A stretch of DNA of 62,408 nucleotides, filler included, from Basidioascus undulatus (GCA_000826855.1; 5 parts of 5 records of this genome joined end to end with filler, not necessarily neighbours in it); one strand, 5' to 3'. Numbered from the whole stretch's first letter, positions 1-13,057 are shown. The notes: generated by a model not told the origin, from the sequence alone. Made by a program: numbers and translations.

Positions 1-1576
1 ACTCCGACCACCAGAGCAACTCGATCCTCATGCGCTCGCAGCTCGACTGCGAAGACGAGCGCCTCCCCCGCAAGACGTTCGACATCAAGACGCGCGCGTG
101 CGTCGCGGTCAGGCAGGACCGGCTGAACTACGAGGTGCGTCTGCCACCGCTCCCCACCTGCCCTTTCCGGAGCTGATGGCGGACTTGCTGCTGGTGTGTA
201 GGAGGGCGGCGGGTACATGATCAAGCAGAGCCGTGCGTCCTTCCTGCGTGAGTGTGAACAATGAAGTGGGGAAACTGATGTGGAATGGGGATGGGATGCA
301 GAGGGCCTCCTTGAGTCGTTTGAGCGCGAGTACTACGACATGATTCGCGGGGCGTTTTTGAAATACGGGTGCGTGGTAGAGGAAGAGAAGCTAGGGAGCG
401 AGCATAGTGTCTGACTCGACACGACGCGATGCGGTGCAGTCTCCAAGCGCGCATCGGGCACATGGACGGGATCTTTGTCGGTGCGTCTCTTCTCCCCACC
501 CATGCTCACTCAAGCGCAACAACATCCACTGACTGGGGGGAGGGGTTCATCCGCAGCCTATCATAACACGGCGCGGATCTTCGGGTTCCAATACGTCCCG
601 TTGGAAGAGATGGACGCGCGCGTGTACGGCACGTCCGAGATGGCCGAGCAGGCGTTCCGCCACAGCGTGGCGATCCTCGAGCGCGTCCTCGACGAGGCGT
701 CGGGGATGTTCCCCGGCGAGGTAGGCGCCCTCCCCTCTTCGCCCCTTCTCCTTTCCTATTCAACATTAAGCGAGATGGCTCGCTGATCTCTCTCGCCCGT
801 AGACCCTCCGCATGACCTTCGAGACGCGCACGAACCACTCGAACATGACCGTCTATGTCCAGCCGGACCGGACGTCGTCCGCGTCTTCATCGGAGGCAGA
901 GGCGGAGGCAGACGACGAAGAGGGCCCGATCCGGCAGATCGACGTGAGCGTTAAGAGCAGGCTCAACGGCGACCCCGTCTCCGGGCCGATCGACTTTGAG
1001 TCCCACCCCGACTGGCGCGAGGGCCCGCACGAGGACGCGGTGGGGCCGGTGCTTTGTGCGTTTCTTCTTCGTCATAACTCTTCCTCAGCGATAAAGAGAG
1101 CATCGAAGTACTTACGCGTGGTGTGCACAGGGGAACTCGAGTACACGCTGAATACCTCCGCACCCGAAGAGGCGTTCCTCGTCCGGCGGAACCTGCACGG
1201 CACGCGCAAACGGCAGACCGCGCTGGGGAGCATCGCGCTCCCTGACGGACTGACGCCTACGGATATCGCGCGCCGGCGCGCAGCGATGCGGTCCTGGCGC
1301 CCGTCGTCAACGTCGCCCGATTCCGACCCTGAGGCAGTCCAGGAGGGCGCAGCGGAGGAGGAAGACGCCGAGGTGGGCCTGGGCGTCCGGTACATGCCCC
1401 CTAGTCGGCATGTGCAGGAACTCCGCAGGCTGAGTAGGGAGGGCGAGCGGATGCGGAAGATGTTGGAGGAGAAGTGGGGCGGGAGGAAGGTCGTGTGGAG
1501 GGAGGTGGAGGAGGGGGAGGGGGAGGGTGTTGAAGAGGATAGGGTCAGCGAGGAGGACATGCGCGCAGAGAGGTAG
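1..1576 (+). CDS. PET127: Mitochondrial RNA-processing protein Pet127, 3' part, spliced (5' end outside the window)
   Basis: Exons give LMRSQLDCEDERLPRKTFDIKTRACVAVRQD, EREYYDMIRGAFLKY, LQARIGHMDGIFV and AYHNTARIFGFQYVPLEEMD, which match the conserved Pet127 core. GT-AG introns lie between them; stop at 1574-1576. Confidence 0.9.
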
Positions 1577-2157
1577 AGAGCCCGAGGGGGCACACACATC
1601 CTCACTGCCTTTGGATTACTTGCGAGACGGCGGCTGCGCCTTTTTGCTTGTGCGGAAGACTGCCGTCGATCAGATCGTTTCTCTTTGGGTGCATCCGGTG
1701 CTCAAGCCCTGAACACTGCGATTGATGCAAGGCGGCAACACTTAACGCTACGCCAGTAGACTATGTGGCAATCGCACGCATTTCGATGTTGGAGCGGGGC
1801 ATTCGGGGGGCCGTTTCATCCTTCAAGTCTCCCGTTCTCCATGGGTTTGCGATTCAGGACGACAAGCTCACAGGGAGCCGTCATTAGTCACCGCGTCGGG
1901 ACGCAGGCACGCCGTCCTCGATCACATTTTGAGCGTGCGCAAGATCAAACAAGGATCCTGACAGGACGCAGGCACGCTGACAAGCCTTCATTTTTCAGAC
2001 TTCAACCGTAGGCTTTAAGTACAATTGTTGACAGTGGTATGAAGACAGTCGTTCGGGAATGGGTACATGTTCCGCCTTACATCCACCGCAAATGTCACAA
2101 CGTTCCATCGCTTCCTTCATGTCCTTGAGCATCGCGATTCCTACTGAGGGCCGTCCA

Positions 2158-5100
2158 CTACTTAGGGCCGTCCAGCGGCCCCAGCGTGTCAATTCGCCCG
2201 AGCAGGTACTCCAGCAACTTGTACGCCGCCGCTATGCCCGTCAGAAACTCATTAGGATCAGCATTTAAAAACCATGCTCCAGTGTGAGTTCTGATTGTCG
2301 ACGAACCAGGTTGGTACTGTGGGACTTCATGACCAGAAAGAGCAAGGCTGACATAAGTCAAGTCGCGCTCGGTGTGCTGAGGTATGGCACCATGGGGTCA
2401 GCCGCGCGAAGGGAGCAAATAAGGCAGGTTGGGTGGGGAGAAGCAGGCAAGACGTACTTGCGTGCCCATGCTGCCCTGTCCTTCAACATAGAACGACTCG
2501 TTCGGCTTGAACTGGAAACCTTGCGCGCCGGACCCTGGACGGGGGAGAGAGTCGCTGAGCATTGCTGGACACATCCCCGGACGGCAAAGGGGGGAGGAAA
2601 CGCACAGGTCATGTTCCTGCATGCGCACCGCGCCCAAGCGCGAAAGTCATTAGAGTTGGACCGCTATAGACACGCAGGGCTTCACAGAGCTGAAAAACAT
2701 GAAGCGGCTTACTGGATGGCCAGCTCCGACCCGATGTCCACGAGCACGTAGTCGAGCTGCCCGTGTACAATGACCGTGCGCTGCCCATCCCCGGACTGCG
2801 CTCAGAAAGCCCGCCGTGTGCAACAGCAACAGAAGTATAGAGACTCCCGCAACATACTAGAGAGTTCTCGATAACGCCAGGGAGGACAGTCTCGCCCGAC
2901 GCCGGGCTGGTGTCGTTTGGACTAACAGTCCCGCCTTGGCCGACGAACACCTCCGTCCCATCGGGGCATAGTGTCTGTGGGCTTTCATGTGAGTAGAGTC
3001 CTTCAGACGCCCCAGATCTTCGGCTAGTAAGAGAAGAGCAACTTCTGTCTCACCCAGTTGACGTAAGGCTCGACGTGCAGCGCAGCCTGGACTTCGGGCC
3101 GCTTGAAGTAGACGGGGTCGGCGGCCGAGTTGGGTGGCGACTGGCGCGCTTCGAGGTCGAAGCCTTCGTGTAACGAAGAAAGGATGTTAGCACCCCTCCA
3201 TGCTGGAAGAAACTCAAGCTGAAGGCTAAAGGGCTCGTATGCACAAGACGTACCCAGTACGTCCCACGGAATCGGCGCCTGGCGAAGGACGTTACTGCTC
3301 GCATTGCCCCTTTCAGCTCCCTACTCTCACCCGCAGCATAGGAAATAAGAGGCGCAGACCCACTAGATGTTGAAACCCGAATTGATTTCCGGCGCGGCTG
3401 TGTATACCTTCGTGAACAGGTCGCACTCCGGGGTCGGCCCGTCGGGCCCGCTCGAGTTGAGGTACGGGAATGGGCCAGCCGGAGGAGGGTAGGTCAGGTA
3501 CTTGTCGAGATAAGCTTGACTATACGGTGGAGAGGGTGTCAATTGAACACTGAGAGTCAGATGCCAAAGTGGAAGACGTACTACCCGCAGTCGTTGTGGG
3601 CCTGCTCCAGCTCAGCCATGAACGAGGCGTTGAGATTCAGGACGTTCCGCCAGCGCTCCACAAACGGGTAGGTCGCCACGTCGCGGCTTTCGAGAGCGTG
3701 GATGTAAGTTTTCGATCACGATCAGGAGAAAGGAGGGAAAAAGAGGCAACGGATCACCTGAACAAGAATGACGACAGGACAGCGTCGATGAGGTATGTGC
3801 CCTTGAGGTTGAGGTCGAGCTCGGATTTGTGTCCAAAGATGTGAGAGGCTAGATAGGGGATCTAAAATGCATTGGGAAACCGCAGTTAGAGAGGGGGCAG
3901 GAATGAGTACGAAAGTGTCATGTCAACGAAGGGAGAGACGCACGTAGCTCCCTGCATAGCTCTCTCCCGTGACTGGAACATAGACATTAGTTTTGCAAGC
4001 AGGAGGAGGAGAATGGTATTTTGGGCGTTAATGGTGTTGTAGGAAGCTAAACGTACTGTACAAGTCTGCGCCCTTGAGCTCGTCAAACACCTCAAGGAAC
4101 TGCTGTACGAAGCCGAACAGCTGCGCCGACGACTCGAGTTCGTTTGTCACGTTCGAAGTGCCTTTCGAGAAGCCCGTCTGTTTCATGCGTAGCGACGCAT
4201 GTGGTGGTTAATCGCTTGACACTTGTAGGATGGAAGGAGGTGGGAACAAGAGAAAACGCACGCCGACGGGCTGGTCACTGAGCGACACGAGGTTAGGAGA
4301 CGCAAACCAAAGGGCCCAGATAGGTATAGTGCCGTTAGGAGGGGAAGAAGAAGGATTGAGGGAACGTGGGGGTTGGAACGAAGACGGACATGTAAAGAAC
4401 GTTTACAGCGTGATTCCAGGAGCTGTCGGACAAGAAATAGACAAAGCACAGGTAGTCAGAGAGACGGTTTATACCATTCTGGAATAATCCAAGCTTAAGT
4501 GGGCTGTATCGGCTCGTAAAAAGACGTACTAAGGGTCTGGGGTAGGTCGTGCCTGACCCGGCCTCCATGAGATGGGACCATTTTCGAACAGTAAGCCTGT
4601 TCACAGATGTCAAGGGTCATATTTAGTGGGAAACAACAAGGTAAGTGCCTGAAGTAATGGCTCTCACCGTTCAATGACGAGCAGCCGGGGCCTATTTGTG
4701 GGGAAATTTCGTCAGCTCGCGCGAGGACGTGCCATAGATTGCGCTCTCCTCTCTCCCCTCACCTCCGGTAAGCCAGATGATGAGCTCGTTCTCGCCCTCT
4801 TCGGCCAGACTTGGCCAAAACCAGAAGAAGAGCTCCCGTCCACCGGCAGCCTCTTCGGTAGCAGCGATAGGCAGCCGACCAGCCCAGGAGTCGCCGACGT
4901 CAAAGTTCACATCCGGGATGGCACCGGCCGTGCCATTGACATGGAACGCCTGGGCACGCTCGTTTTGAAAACGTTGTGAGGTTGTGTTAACGGGCGACGA
5001 TTGTTCGCGCTTGGCGAGAAGACGATCCCGAGGAGTGAGGGGGGATGCAGATCGAGCGGCCTGCACGGAGCGTCGAAGAAGAGTTCGAGAGAGAGGCGGA

Positions 5101-5177
5101 TTGCCCGCGGGGTACAATGCGGCGGTAAGAATGGGAAGGACGAGTGAAAGTGAAAAGGTCGAGATGAGCGATCGCAT
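2158..5177 (-). CDS. Secreted serine carboxypeptidase (peptidase family S10), multi-exon
   Basis: Signal peptide MRSLISTFSLSLVLPILTAA, then LFFWFWPS..ELIIWLTGGPGCSS, ENGP, DQPVGTGFS, the catalytic Ser motif TGESYAG, and a C-terminal His motif LSGHEVPQYQPG..AYKLLEYLLGRI. Confidence 0.92.
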
Positions 5178-6670
5178 GGTTGAAAGGTGGACTGGGAGCT
5201 CAGGGAGCGAAGTCGAAAAGGAGGGATGAGAAGAGGCACCACGCGGTCGAATACAAGAAAAGGATTGCTGAGGCCGTCCAACGACCGCTGCATGCCGAGC
5301 TGTGGTGCGAACCAGCGCGACGCACCATACGCTCATGTAACTGAGGGCAAGGGGAAAGGGACCATGCGATCGACGGCGCTTGCCTAGCGCTAGCAGCGGA
5401 GAGAGTACGTGCCACCGCACCCAGAACATGCTGCTGAGCAGCTGCTGATCGTACCTACCTTGTGCGCACTTCGCTCGAGAACAACATTCGAAGCTCGCGT
5501 ACGTCTCCACGAATCCAGACGTGAACGTATGATTGAAACGGCGGAAGGAGCGAAGTGGAGGCGTTCCGGCCAGCGAAAGTAGGGTAGTTTGGCGTTCACG
5601 GACCTCACGAAGAACAAGAACTAAGGTCTCGTAACGTTTAGCGGAATTCGACGATGGTATGGCCCTGAAAGACTACCAAGATGCGAGCTCGTGCCAACTT
5701 CGAGGCGATCAATCAGACAGCCTCGGAGAGACCTCCCTTCTGCATTGGTCTGCCAGTAGTGCCAAGTATTCGGGCGCAGCCGTCAGGCTCCACTCAATTC
5801 CGCCGCTCTCCACAGAAATATCTCCGTCCCTAATTCCTTTGTCAGTAATGAGTTCATAACGAGGACGCCGGCGTCGAGCGCAGGCTTCGCTTCCTCTCGA
5901 GTCTCGAGACGCAGACCTCAGACGTGTGGCCCCTTTGAGCATTATATAACCGCAGGATGTAGTGCAAGCTGGGGTGGTACATGTAAAGACAAAGTCGGCC
6001 CTTAAGTTTGAAGCCAAATATGGTGGCGACGCCGAAAACAATACTGCGCACATTCAGTTGCCACCAACAAGCGACTCTGAGAATTGAGTTTGCAACTTTG
6101 AGTGTCAACGTTCGCGTCGTCCTGAATCGTATACACAGGTATACACGGGCTTCTGGACTGAAGATCGCATTTGCATTCTGAAGAAAGCTCCTTTCACGAC
6201 ACAGATTCCCTACTCGGACTGGTTGCGTGTCACGATGATGCACTTTGGGAACGCCAACGGCGTCGGCCGCACGGCATGGGCCTGCATGCTGTGTCCGGGA
6301 AGGGAGCGCAGATAGTCCATATGTTCGAAGCTCAAGTACTCAATCTATCGGATAGGTGCACCCCCCGTCTAGTGCGCTGCGGCTGCTTGCCTGGCCATGC
6401 CCTCCACCTCTTGCTCGGTGATCTGTAATGAATTTATGCCAGCGGTTCTTAAAAGAGTCGGAAGACGCAATGCGTACTTATGAGCTTCCAAGCATTGTCG
6501 GGGTTATGCGGGGCGAAAAGACAGACCGGCGGACGCCAGCAGGACTGCGATGGTCTGGGGAACCGGCGTCCTCATCAGCCTACAAATGCTTAGAAATATT
6601 CAAATCGTCTACTCACCAGTCTCTGGGCCCACATACGACATTGAACTAGCTTCTGAGAAAACGACTGTGT

Positions 6671-7180
6671 GCGGATCCACCCCTCGCAGCGAGCCAGCTT
6701 AGGATTTTTAGCCCGTCAGCGCTGCCCCGTCGCCATTCCAATCGAAAGAGGAAGCTCTCAATCAGCTGAGCCCGACAATCTTAAATCGATTCTCCTTCGC
6801 CCACTTGAGCCCCCGCTGTGTCGACGGTGAGGTGGTGCCATTGCTCCTGCTCAGCCCGCTCCGCGTCCTCGACGATATCGAGGTTGACGATCGTCCCCTT
6901 CTCCAGGCCCACCAGGAACACTAAATTGGGTCTTAAGAAACCGACTGCCTGCGGTCCGGGCGCGAAGATCACGGCAGCGGATCCGCCCATCGCAGCGAGC
7001 CAGCTTCGGATTTTTGGCCTGTCAGCACTGCCACCTTGCCCTTCGAAAGGAAATAGAAAGCTCTCACCTGACTCCCACTATCCCAAACCGATGCTCCTTC
7101 GCCCACTTACGCCCCCCCTGCGTCGACGTGAGGTGGCGTCATTGCTCCGCCTCTGTCCACTCCGCGTCCTCAACGATAGG
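6671..7180 (-). pseudogene. Two tandem degenerate copies (~306-nt period) of an exon-intron-exon fragment of an Rcf2-like (HIG1-domain) gene
   Basis: Imperfect direct repeats at 6671-~6883 and 6977-~7180. Minus-strand translation is EQ(W/*)xHLTSTQxGxKWAKE(N/H)RFxIVG(L/V)S, intron, WLAAMGGSAAVIFAPGPQ. One copy has an in-frame TGA; the other has a frameshift and has lost the donor site. Confidence 0.65.
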
Positions 7181-7472
7181 ATGATGAAACTCTGGTATTC
7201 ACGGGAATATCAACGGATTGAAGAGAGGACAGCCTACAGTCGCATCCTCAATCGATTCACCGCCGGCAGCAGCGAAACACCTGCACGTTGGGAGACTCGC
7301 ACATCTCCGTGCGGCGGTGCAACTCGACGTGATTCCAAGAAAAGTAAGATCGTCACGATAGTGCAAATGGGAAAAGAATACAACAGACCCTGCGAACTGC
7401 CCCCAAAAGCCGTCCCGACCCACCTCAGCCCCAAACGTCCCCCCCCCCCCTGCCCTCCCGCCCGACAGCGTA

Positions 7473-7572
7473 NNNNNNNNNNNNNNNNNNNNNNNNNNNN
7501 NNNNNNNNNNNNNNNNTTAATTAATTAANNNNNNNNNNNNNNNNNNNNNNNNNNNNNNNNNNNNNNNNNNNN
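7473..7572. other. Artificial contig linker (N44-TTAATTAATTAA-N44)
   Basis: 100-nt N block with a central motif giving stops in all six frames; the same block occurs four times. Confidence 0.97.
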
Positions 7573-7710
7573 TGATTCTGAATGTGTTTTGGCATCTGTT
7601 TGATGCACTGGCACAGGCATCTGAGTCGGCTCCAGGTAGGGCGGTCAAAAGGTGAGGCAAAGTCGGAAGTGCTCAACCATATCCGCGTGGGTCCCCGCCT
7701 GTCTTATTCT

Positions 7711-8010
7711 CTGATAACTTTGCTTATCCGACCGAAATGTTCCCGCTGAAAACCCCCTTTTTTATTCAGGGGGCAGAAGTCTGCTTGTCTCGAGGTGGGT
7801 TCGGTCGGCCACTAACGCTGCCGCTCTGCACATTTTTGATGAGAAGGTGAATCATAGGCCGAACGTATCGAAGCAGCAAGGAACACCCTTGATCTTATCT
7901 CGACGCCAGATAGTCCGTCTTACAGACGACAGATAAGTCAGGGGGTGCGACCCAAAGCGACCTTGTGTTGCTCAACAAACCAATGGAAAACCCAGCTGCA
8001 AATGAGTCAT
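7711..8010. promoter_or_regulatory. Cluster of GATA-factor sites plus a perfect Gcn4/CpcA-type site upstream of the GNAT gene
   Basis: TGATAA ~7712, CTTATC ~7723 and ~7894, AGATAG ~7908, AGATAAG ~7931, ATGAGTCAT 8002-8010. Confidence 0.4.
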
Positions 8011-8309
8011 TCACGCTCCGCTTAGTGAGGAGCTCGCATGGACCCTACAGCACACTGAAGTCGCATAATTGCACGTCAATTCTGCAAGGATGAAACTTAC
8101 ATGTAACCAATATTCTGACTCGCTTTTACTTACACCATTTTGCCAGTTGCATCTGAGTTTGTTGCAGGGCGCTAGCCTTGTCCGTGTCATCCTGCATGCA
8201 CTGACCTGACCTTCCTTCTTCTCTTAACCGCATCTGCTTCTTTTCCAGCTCCCACTCATATCACTCATTCTCATACCCCTCCGTTTTACCTTGCATACGC
8301 TCCCTCCGC

Positions 8310-9125
8310 ATGTCCCTGTCACCACCCCACCTCCTCCCGCCCGCCTCCTTCGCTCCCTCCATCCCCTCCCTCTCCCGCCTCTTCTCCGCCTGCGTGCACG
8401 GCAACGCCTCCTCAACTTTCTCATCCCCTCCCGCCCTCCGAGGCCGCCGTTATGGTGGGCGGCGATCGCGCCCGAGGTCGAGAGCGGGAAGCGGCAGCTG
8501 CTTGTTGTGAAGGATGAGCGGAGAGAGGAGGTTGTCGGGTGTGTCATGCTGGTCAGGGAAACGAAGAGGAATTGGAGGCATCGAGGGGCGGTGGAGAAGC
8601 TGTTTGTGCTGCCGGACTATCGGAGACGGTGAGTGGAATATGTCCTTCCAGCGCCAGCCACTGGTGCACTGACTGCATGAGCCTTTCACCTACACTTATG
8701 GAATACTCTGTGCTGTACCGATTCACAGAGGTATTGCACGCCAACTAGTGTCCGCCCTCGAGCGCCTAGCCCAACAGGAAGGGCTCATGCTCCTCGTGCG
8801 TCGTCCTGCCTTTCCCGCCCCCATCCCACTGCGTTCGCCCCACCATCTTCTCATATCTCAAACCCCGCACATTCCAGATTCTCCATACCGAACCCCATAG
8901 CGACGCCGAAACCCTCTATGTCACGCTCGGGTACACGAAGGTTTGTCTCCCCCGCCTTCTCCCTTTTCCATCCCTACCTCTCTCCAATAGGCTGTGAATG
9001 GCGGGACGCAACAGTATGGCAAGATCCCCGACTTTGCGTGGAAGCCGGACGGGTCGTCCATGTTGCCGTGCTCGTGCTTTTACAAGACTTTGTGGGGTTT
9101 CGAGAGGGAGAAAGAGTGGGAATAG
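8310..9125 (+). CDS. GNAT N-acetyltransferase, tabtoxin-resistance (TTR)-like; spliced, with apparent frameshift(s) near 8410-8455
   Basis: ACVHGNAS/LNFLIP..WWAAIAPEVESGKRQLLVV..VVGCVMLVRETKRNWRHRGAVEKLFVLPDYRRRGIARQLVSALERLAQQEGLMLL/ILHTEPHSDAETLYVTLGYTK/YGKIPDFAWKPDGSSMLPCSCFYKTL. The acetyl-CoA motif RRRGIARQL is present. Confidence 0.8.
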
Positions 9126-9960
9126 AGCTCTGGACTACCTGGACGGATGTCTAGGGACTATTGGGAAGGAACGGTGGGCAGGGAGCGGTGGGTACGGCGG
9201 AGGTGTATGCGTACAGGTTAAGAGGCCGAGCTGGAATGTGAGCTGAGGCGTTACTGAAAGGTTCTCGCAGTCGCTTCTCCGTAAACCATGTTCCAGGGCA
9301 TGTACTGCTTAAAGAATCTTGTGTATGTTCTCTAGGCACGCTGTGGAATTGCAGGGCGCTGCTGACAACAAGCACGGCAGGCCTGGTTGGCAGTGGGTTG
9401 GTGGCAGCGTACCATGAGAGCCCTGGAACCACTAGAAGACTCAGAGGTTGTTCAACGAAGACTGAGGCTTGCCGGCTTTACACTATCCTTTCGGCAAGCA
9501 GAGTGAACAAAATAATGCGACCGGCAGCCAGCGGTCTTTACTGTTGCCCCGCGGCGCGAACTTCAGCCGCACTCGGAGTGCCACATTATTAGTCCCTGTA
9601 AAGACCCCAGGCAGTCCTTTAGTCTGGGAGGACCACCCTGATCCTTTTTTGCGTGATCATGATCCAGGGCTTCTTGAGAGTAGAAGTTGATGTATGCGGC
9701 ACCATGGGACCTTTTCAACCTTTTCCACGTGGACTTTTTCAGAAGGGTCTGAATAACAACGCATTAATGAAGCGCCGATTGAGTAATGTCTTCATGAAAT
9801 AGCGGCGCAAGTCCGCATTTACGGAGCGGAACAAAGTGAACGAAGTGGGCTCGATTCAACTCGATTGGCCGTTGCGGGTTGATCTCCGCCCCTATCTTCG
9901 CGAGCCCTTGGCGCTCTCCTACAACAGCCTCACTCTCACACAACGCCGCAGCTTCGCGCT

Positions 9961-11052
9961 ATGTCTTCGAGCCGCATCATTCCGCTGCCTGCCGAGGTGA
10001 CTGCCCTCATATTCGCGTTCGCCAGCGAGGGGAACGAGGAGAAGGCGGCCAAGACGCGGGCGTCCCTTCCCTTATCTGTAATCGCCCTGGGGGAGAGTGT
10101 GTCCGCACGCTCGAGATAGCTCTACCGAGCGACGTACCGTGGTCCGCACACATGTTCGAATCGTCTCTCCTTCCCACGGTCTTTGCGCTCCTGCCGAAGC
10201 TCGTCTCCTGCTCGATGGCCGGTCCCGACCACCTCGAGTGGGCGGTCCTCTGTGGATCGCCCTGCCTCCGCACCTTGTCTTCTGCTGGCACCGCTACCCT
10301 AAAGAAGCTGTTGCTCAGGCTGGGCTTTCCCGGAACCGAGGCTGAACCGGGTCTTTCGTGCTTCGATCGATTCACCAATCTTCGAAGCCTCACCCTCACC
10401 ACCGTCAGGCCTGTGCACTACGCCGTGGACCCCTCTTTTCTACGCATGCCTCGCCTAGAGAAGCTCGCTCTGAGCTCTCAATTTGTCGGTCCTGAAGCAG
10501 CCCACTGGCTAGGCACACTCGAGCTTTCTCGCCTCGGCAAACTGGCCCTCTCATTCCAGGGCCCTACCCGTTCCTTTGCCGCTCCGCCGATTCCTGAAGC
10601 GCCACGCTGGCACCTCGGCAACCTCGGAATATCTGCCGAGAACTCCGAAAGCGAAACGGCAGTCGTGCGGCGCTACACATCTGCCCGTCGGTGACACGCA
10701 TTTCGCTGCGGATCGACGTTACAGCGGCGAGCTCGCCCAAGCCTTGCCCCATTCCCTGCAGTGGCTCACCCTCGAAGGGCGCTTTCTTTCGTCCAGCCGC
10801 GCGCGAGCTTTAGCGGGCCTTCTCATTCGACAACTCTGCATGTTGCCCCCGCTCAAGCGTAGAGCCGTTCGACTGTGTTCTTCGGCACCGCGAGGCAAAG
10901 TCTCCTGGACTTCGGACAACGAGGCCGATTTCGCCCTCATCTGTTGGGCTGTTCAACGGAGCATCAGGTTGAAAGAGTATGGCATTGATCTCTGTGATAG
11001 CTCTTGGCTACGCCTGGGCGTGTCGGTCGGAAGGGTCTGTGAAGATAGCTAG
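9961..11052 (+). pseudogene. F-box/LRR (RNI-like) gene with several frameshifts
   Basis: ATG at 9961 gives the F-box-like MSSSRIIPLPAEVTALIFAF. After a frameshift near 10070 come LRR-like segments (FTNLRSLTL, MPRLEKLAL, LSRLGKLAL), and after further shifts near 10580-10690, LPHSLQWLTL. Confidence 0.6.
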
Positions 11053-11472
11053 GAAGAGGCGGACGAGGACGAGGATGTTCAATGATTTGTTGATGAGGGT
11101 GCCTGCGAAGACGATCAGTAGTTTAGGCTTGCTGCGGTGCCTTGTGCAAGACGGGATCTGCTCGGTCTGCATGTATCTTGCCCCTTATAACGGATTAGGG
11201 CACCAGTCTTTGCGCAAGGGAAGTAAAGCCCAGGAGACGGGATACGTTGAGCTCCAACGCCCTTGGTTCCTTTCCTCTCGTAGCTACCTACAATACAACA
11301 GATTGCCAGAAAAGAAGTGTAACAAGCGTTTCACATCACTTCCGGAGGGAACAGCTCAGACAAAATAAGAACGATTCAGCGGTTGATCTGGTATTGACAC
11401 CAGTCCCTGCGATGCCACTTCATTTGAAGCACAAGGATGCTTGTTCATGTTCATGTTTGCTTGTGCCTTCCC

Positions 11473-13057
11473 TCATCCGAAAATGTCCAACACCACACCC
11501 GCAGCGATGCTCGCGCCGCCACGGCGGAGGAGCACGCGGCCCATGTCCTTGTTGATGCTGAACGGCTCGAGCGGGACCGCGACGGAGCGCTGCGGCCCGC
11601 CGGACGTCGAGAGCGAGCCGGAGCGCAGCGTGATCTCGACCCGCGCGCTGGCGCTCTTGGTGAGTACTCTGAGGCGGTCAGAAGTGGGAAAGTCAAAGAA
11701 ATGAAGGGGACTGAGGTAGAGGGGAAAAGGGAGGACGAACCGAGGCTTGTTCTTGATCACAGCGCCCGTGGAGCGGTCCAGCGTCGCGATGAGCGACGTG
11801 ATCGTGGCGGGTAGGTTCGTCGAGTGCTCGTAGAGCTCGACCTATCACAAAGGACACCAACAGAAACTTTCAGCATTCGTGGTCTAGAGATACGGACCGA
11901 ACAGGAAGATGGGCGTACAGCTGTGCCAGGCGTGATGGGCAACTCGACGTCGAACAGGATGATCTGCGCGTTGAAGCGCGTGACGAGCGGGACGGGCTGC
12001 GAGGGCGGGCAGAGGACGGAGCCCACGCTGCGCGGAGACGGCGGTGGAACAAATCGTGAGCGAGGCGTGCTGTCGGTGAGAGTGGCTGATACGACGTACG
12101 CAAGGTGGATGGGGTCGATGCCCGCAAGATATAGCGTAACGTTCGAGCCCGCAACGGCCCACGGCACGCTCTCGTCCTCCTCCTCAATCACTGTGCGCCC
12201 ATCCATCATCTTCAGCATTTGCGGACCTTCGAAGCTCTCTGCCGCCCGAGGAAATACTCACACCGCACAACAGCAGTCTCGTCGCCCGGCAAAACGCGCA
12301 CGCGCTCGCCCACTTGCACGATGCCGCTCGCCAAGCGGCCGCTGACGCCGACGCCACTCGCGAGCGCCGTCTGGCCCTTGAAGACGTTGTGGAGGGGCAG
12401 GCGGAGGGGGGCGTCGTACGGTCGTTTGGGGTCCTCGAAGCGATCTTCATAGAAAATGATCAGAAATTGGCGAACTGTCAAGGATCACGACGGCGACGCG
12501 ACATGACCCACCCAGCACCTCGACGAGCGTCGGGCCGTCGTACCACGCCTCGAGCACGGGACTTGACCGCGCGATCAGATTCTCGCCCGTGAACGCCGCA
12601 ACGGGCACGTAGGTGGTGCTGTCCTTGCTGAACCCACACTGGAGCAAGAACGGCTTGAGCTCGTCCACGATCTGCTCGAACCTCGCCTGGCTGTATCCCA
12701 CCTGTGAACACCCCACCCCATCCCACAATCGCTTTAAGTCGTACCGCTTTATTTGAAAGAGTGGAAGAAGCGAAAGTCAAACGCACCGCGTCAAGCTTGT
12801 TAACCAGCACCGCCAACTCCCTCACGCCAAGTGCGCGCACAAGGAGCGCGTGCTCGCGCGTCTGGCCGCGCTCCGAGAAGCCGCTCTCGAACTCGCCCTT
12901 GCGGGCGTCGACGACGAGGAGCGCCGCGTCCGCCTGGGACGCGCCGCTGATCATGTTGTGCACGAGGTGGGCGTGGCCGGGCGTGTCCACCAAGGCGAAG
13001 CGCTTGCCCGTCGTGGGAAGACGGAAGTTGGTCAGGTTGAAGTCGAGGGTGACACCC
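11473..13057 (-). CDS. HBS1: HBS1-like translational GTPase, 3' exons only (switch I/G2 through domains II-III); N-terminus and G1 P-loop absent
   Basis: [116 protein letters not shown]. No GHVDAGKS-encoding exon was found upstream. Confidence 0.88.

Noticed and set aside
7517..7528. TTAATTAATTAA as a repeated biological element (PacI site or piggyBac target)
   Set aside because: It is always centred in identical N blocks and is a standard artificial linker.
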